A stretch of DNA of 64,000 nucleotides from Eledone cirrhosa (taxonomy: Eukaryota), in NCBI GenBank assembly GCA_964016885.1, contig OZ024740.1, positions 132,680,001-132,744,000 on the forward strand. Direction: 5' to 3'. Below are positions 63,964-64,000 of this stretch, in pieces. Each line of letters opens with the position of its first letter. Within the stretch, counting starts at the first letter, position 1. The notes under the pieces were generated by a model. It made no database searches, was not told where the DNA came from, and saw only the letters and a program-made list of their open reading frames with translations. The position numbers and the translations under genes are program-made.

Positions 63964-64000
63964 TGGCAGTATCGGTAGAGAGTCGGGCGCCATGCTTTCC
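63964..64000 (+). mobile_element. tRNA-derived SINE 5' end (cut by window edge)
   Basis: TGGCAGTATCGGTAGAG..GGCGCCATGCT matches the head of the 19174-19358 copy. Confidence 0.65.

Overview
Eukaryotic, AT-rich, essentially all-repeat window. It is most likely an octopod cephalopod, inferred from the tRNA-derived SINE and the (AT)n/(AAT)n landscape. No host gene is visible. 5-19 kb is a pile-up of non-LTR retrotransposons around (AAT)n tracts: broken Tx1/L1 copies, SINEs and one apparently intact R4/Dong-type RT+RLE element (1130 aa). 19-34 kb and 50-61 kb hold Penelope-like element (PLE) fragments, RTE fragments, a Helitron and many long fold-back palindromes that often carry hammerhead-like remnants. 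The main finding is the ~15 kb tandem array at ~34980-50275. Its ~429-bp monomer contains a type I minimal hammerhead ribozyme motif (stem I-CUGACGA-stem II-GAAA-CUA-GUA-stem I), repeated 36 times in intact or mutated form with higher-order periodicity, i.e. a retrozyme-like ribozyme satellite. A second satellite (632 bp) shares a covarying structured core with a 529-bp relative. All RNA structures were folded by eye and none is computationally or experimentally validated.
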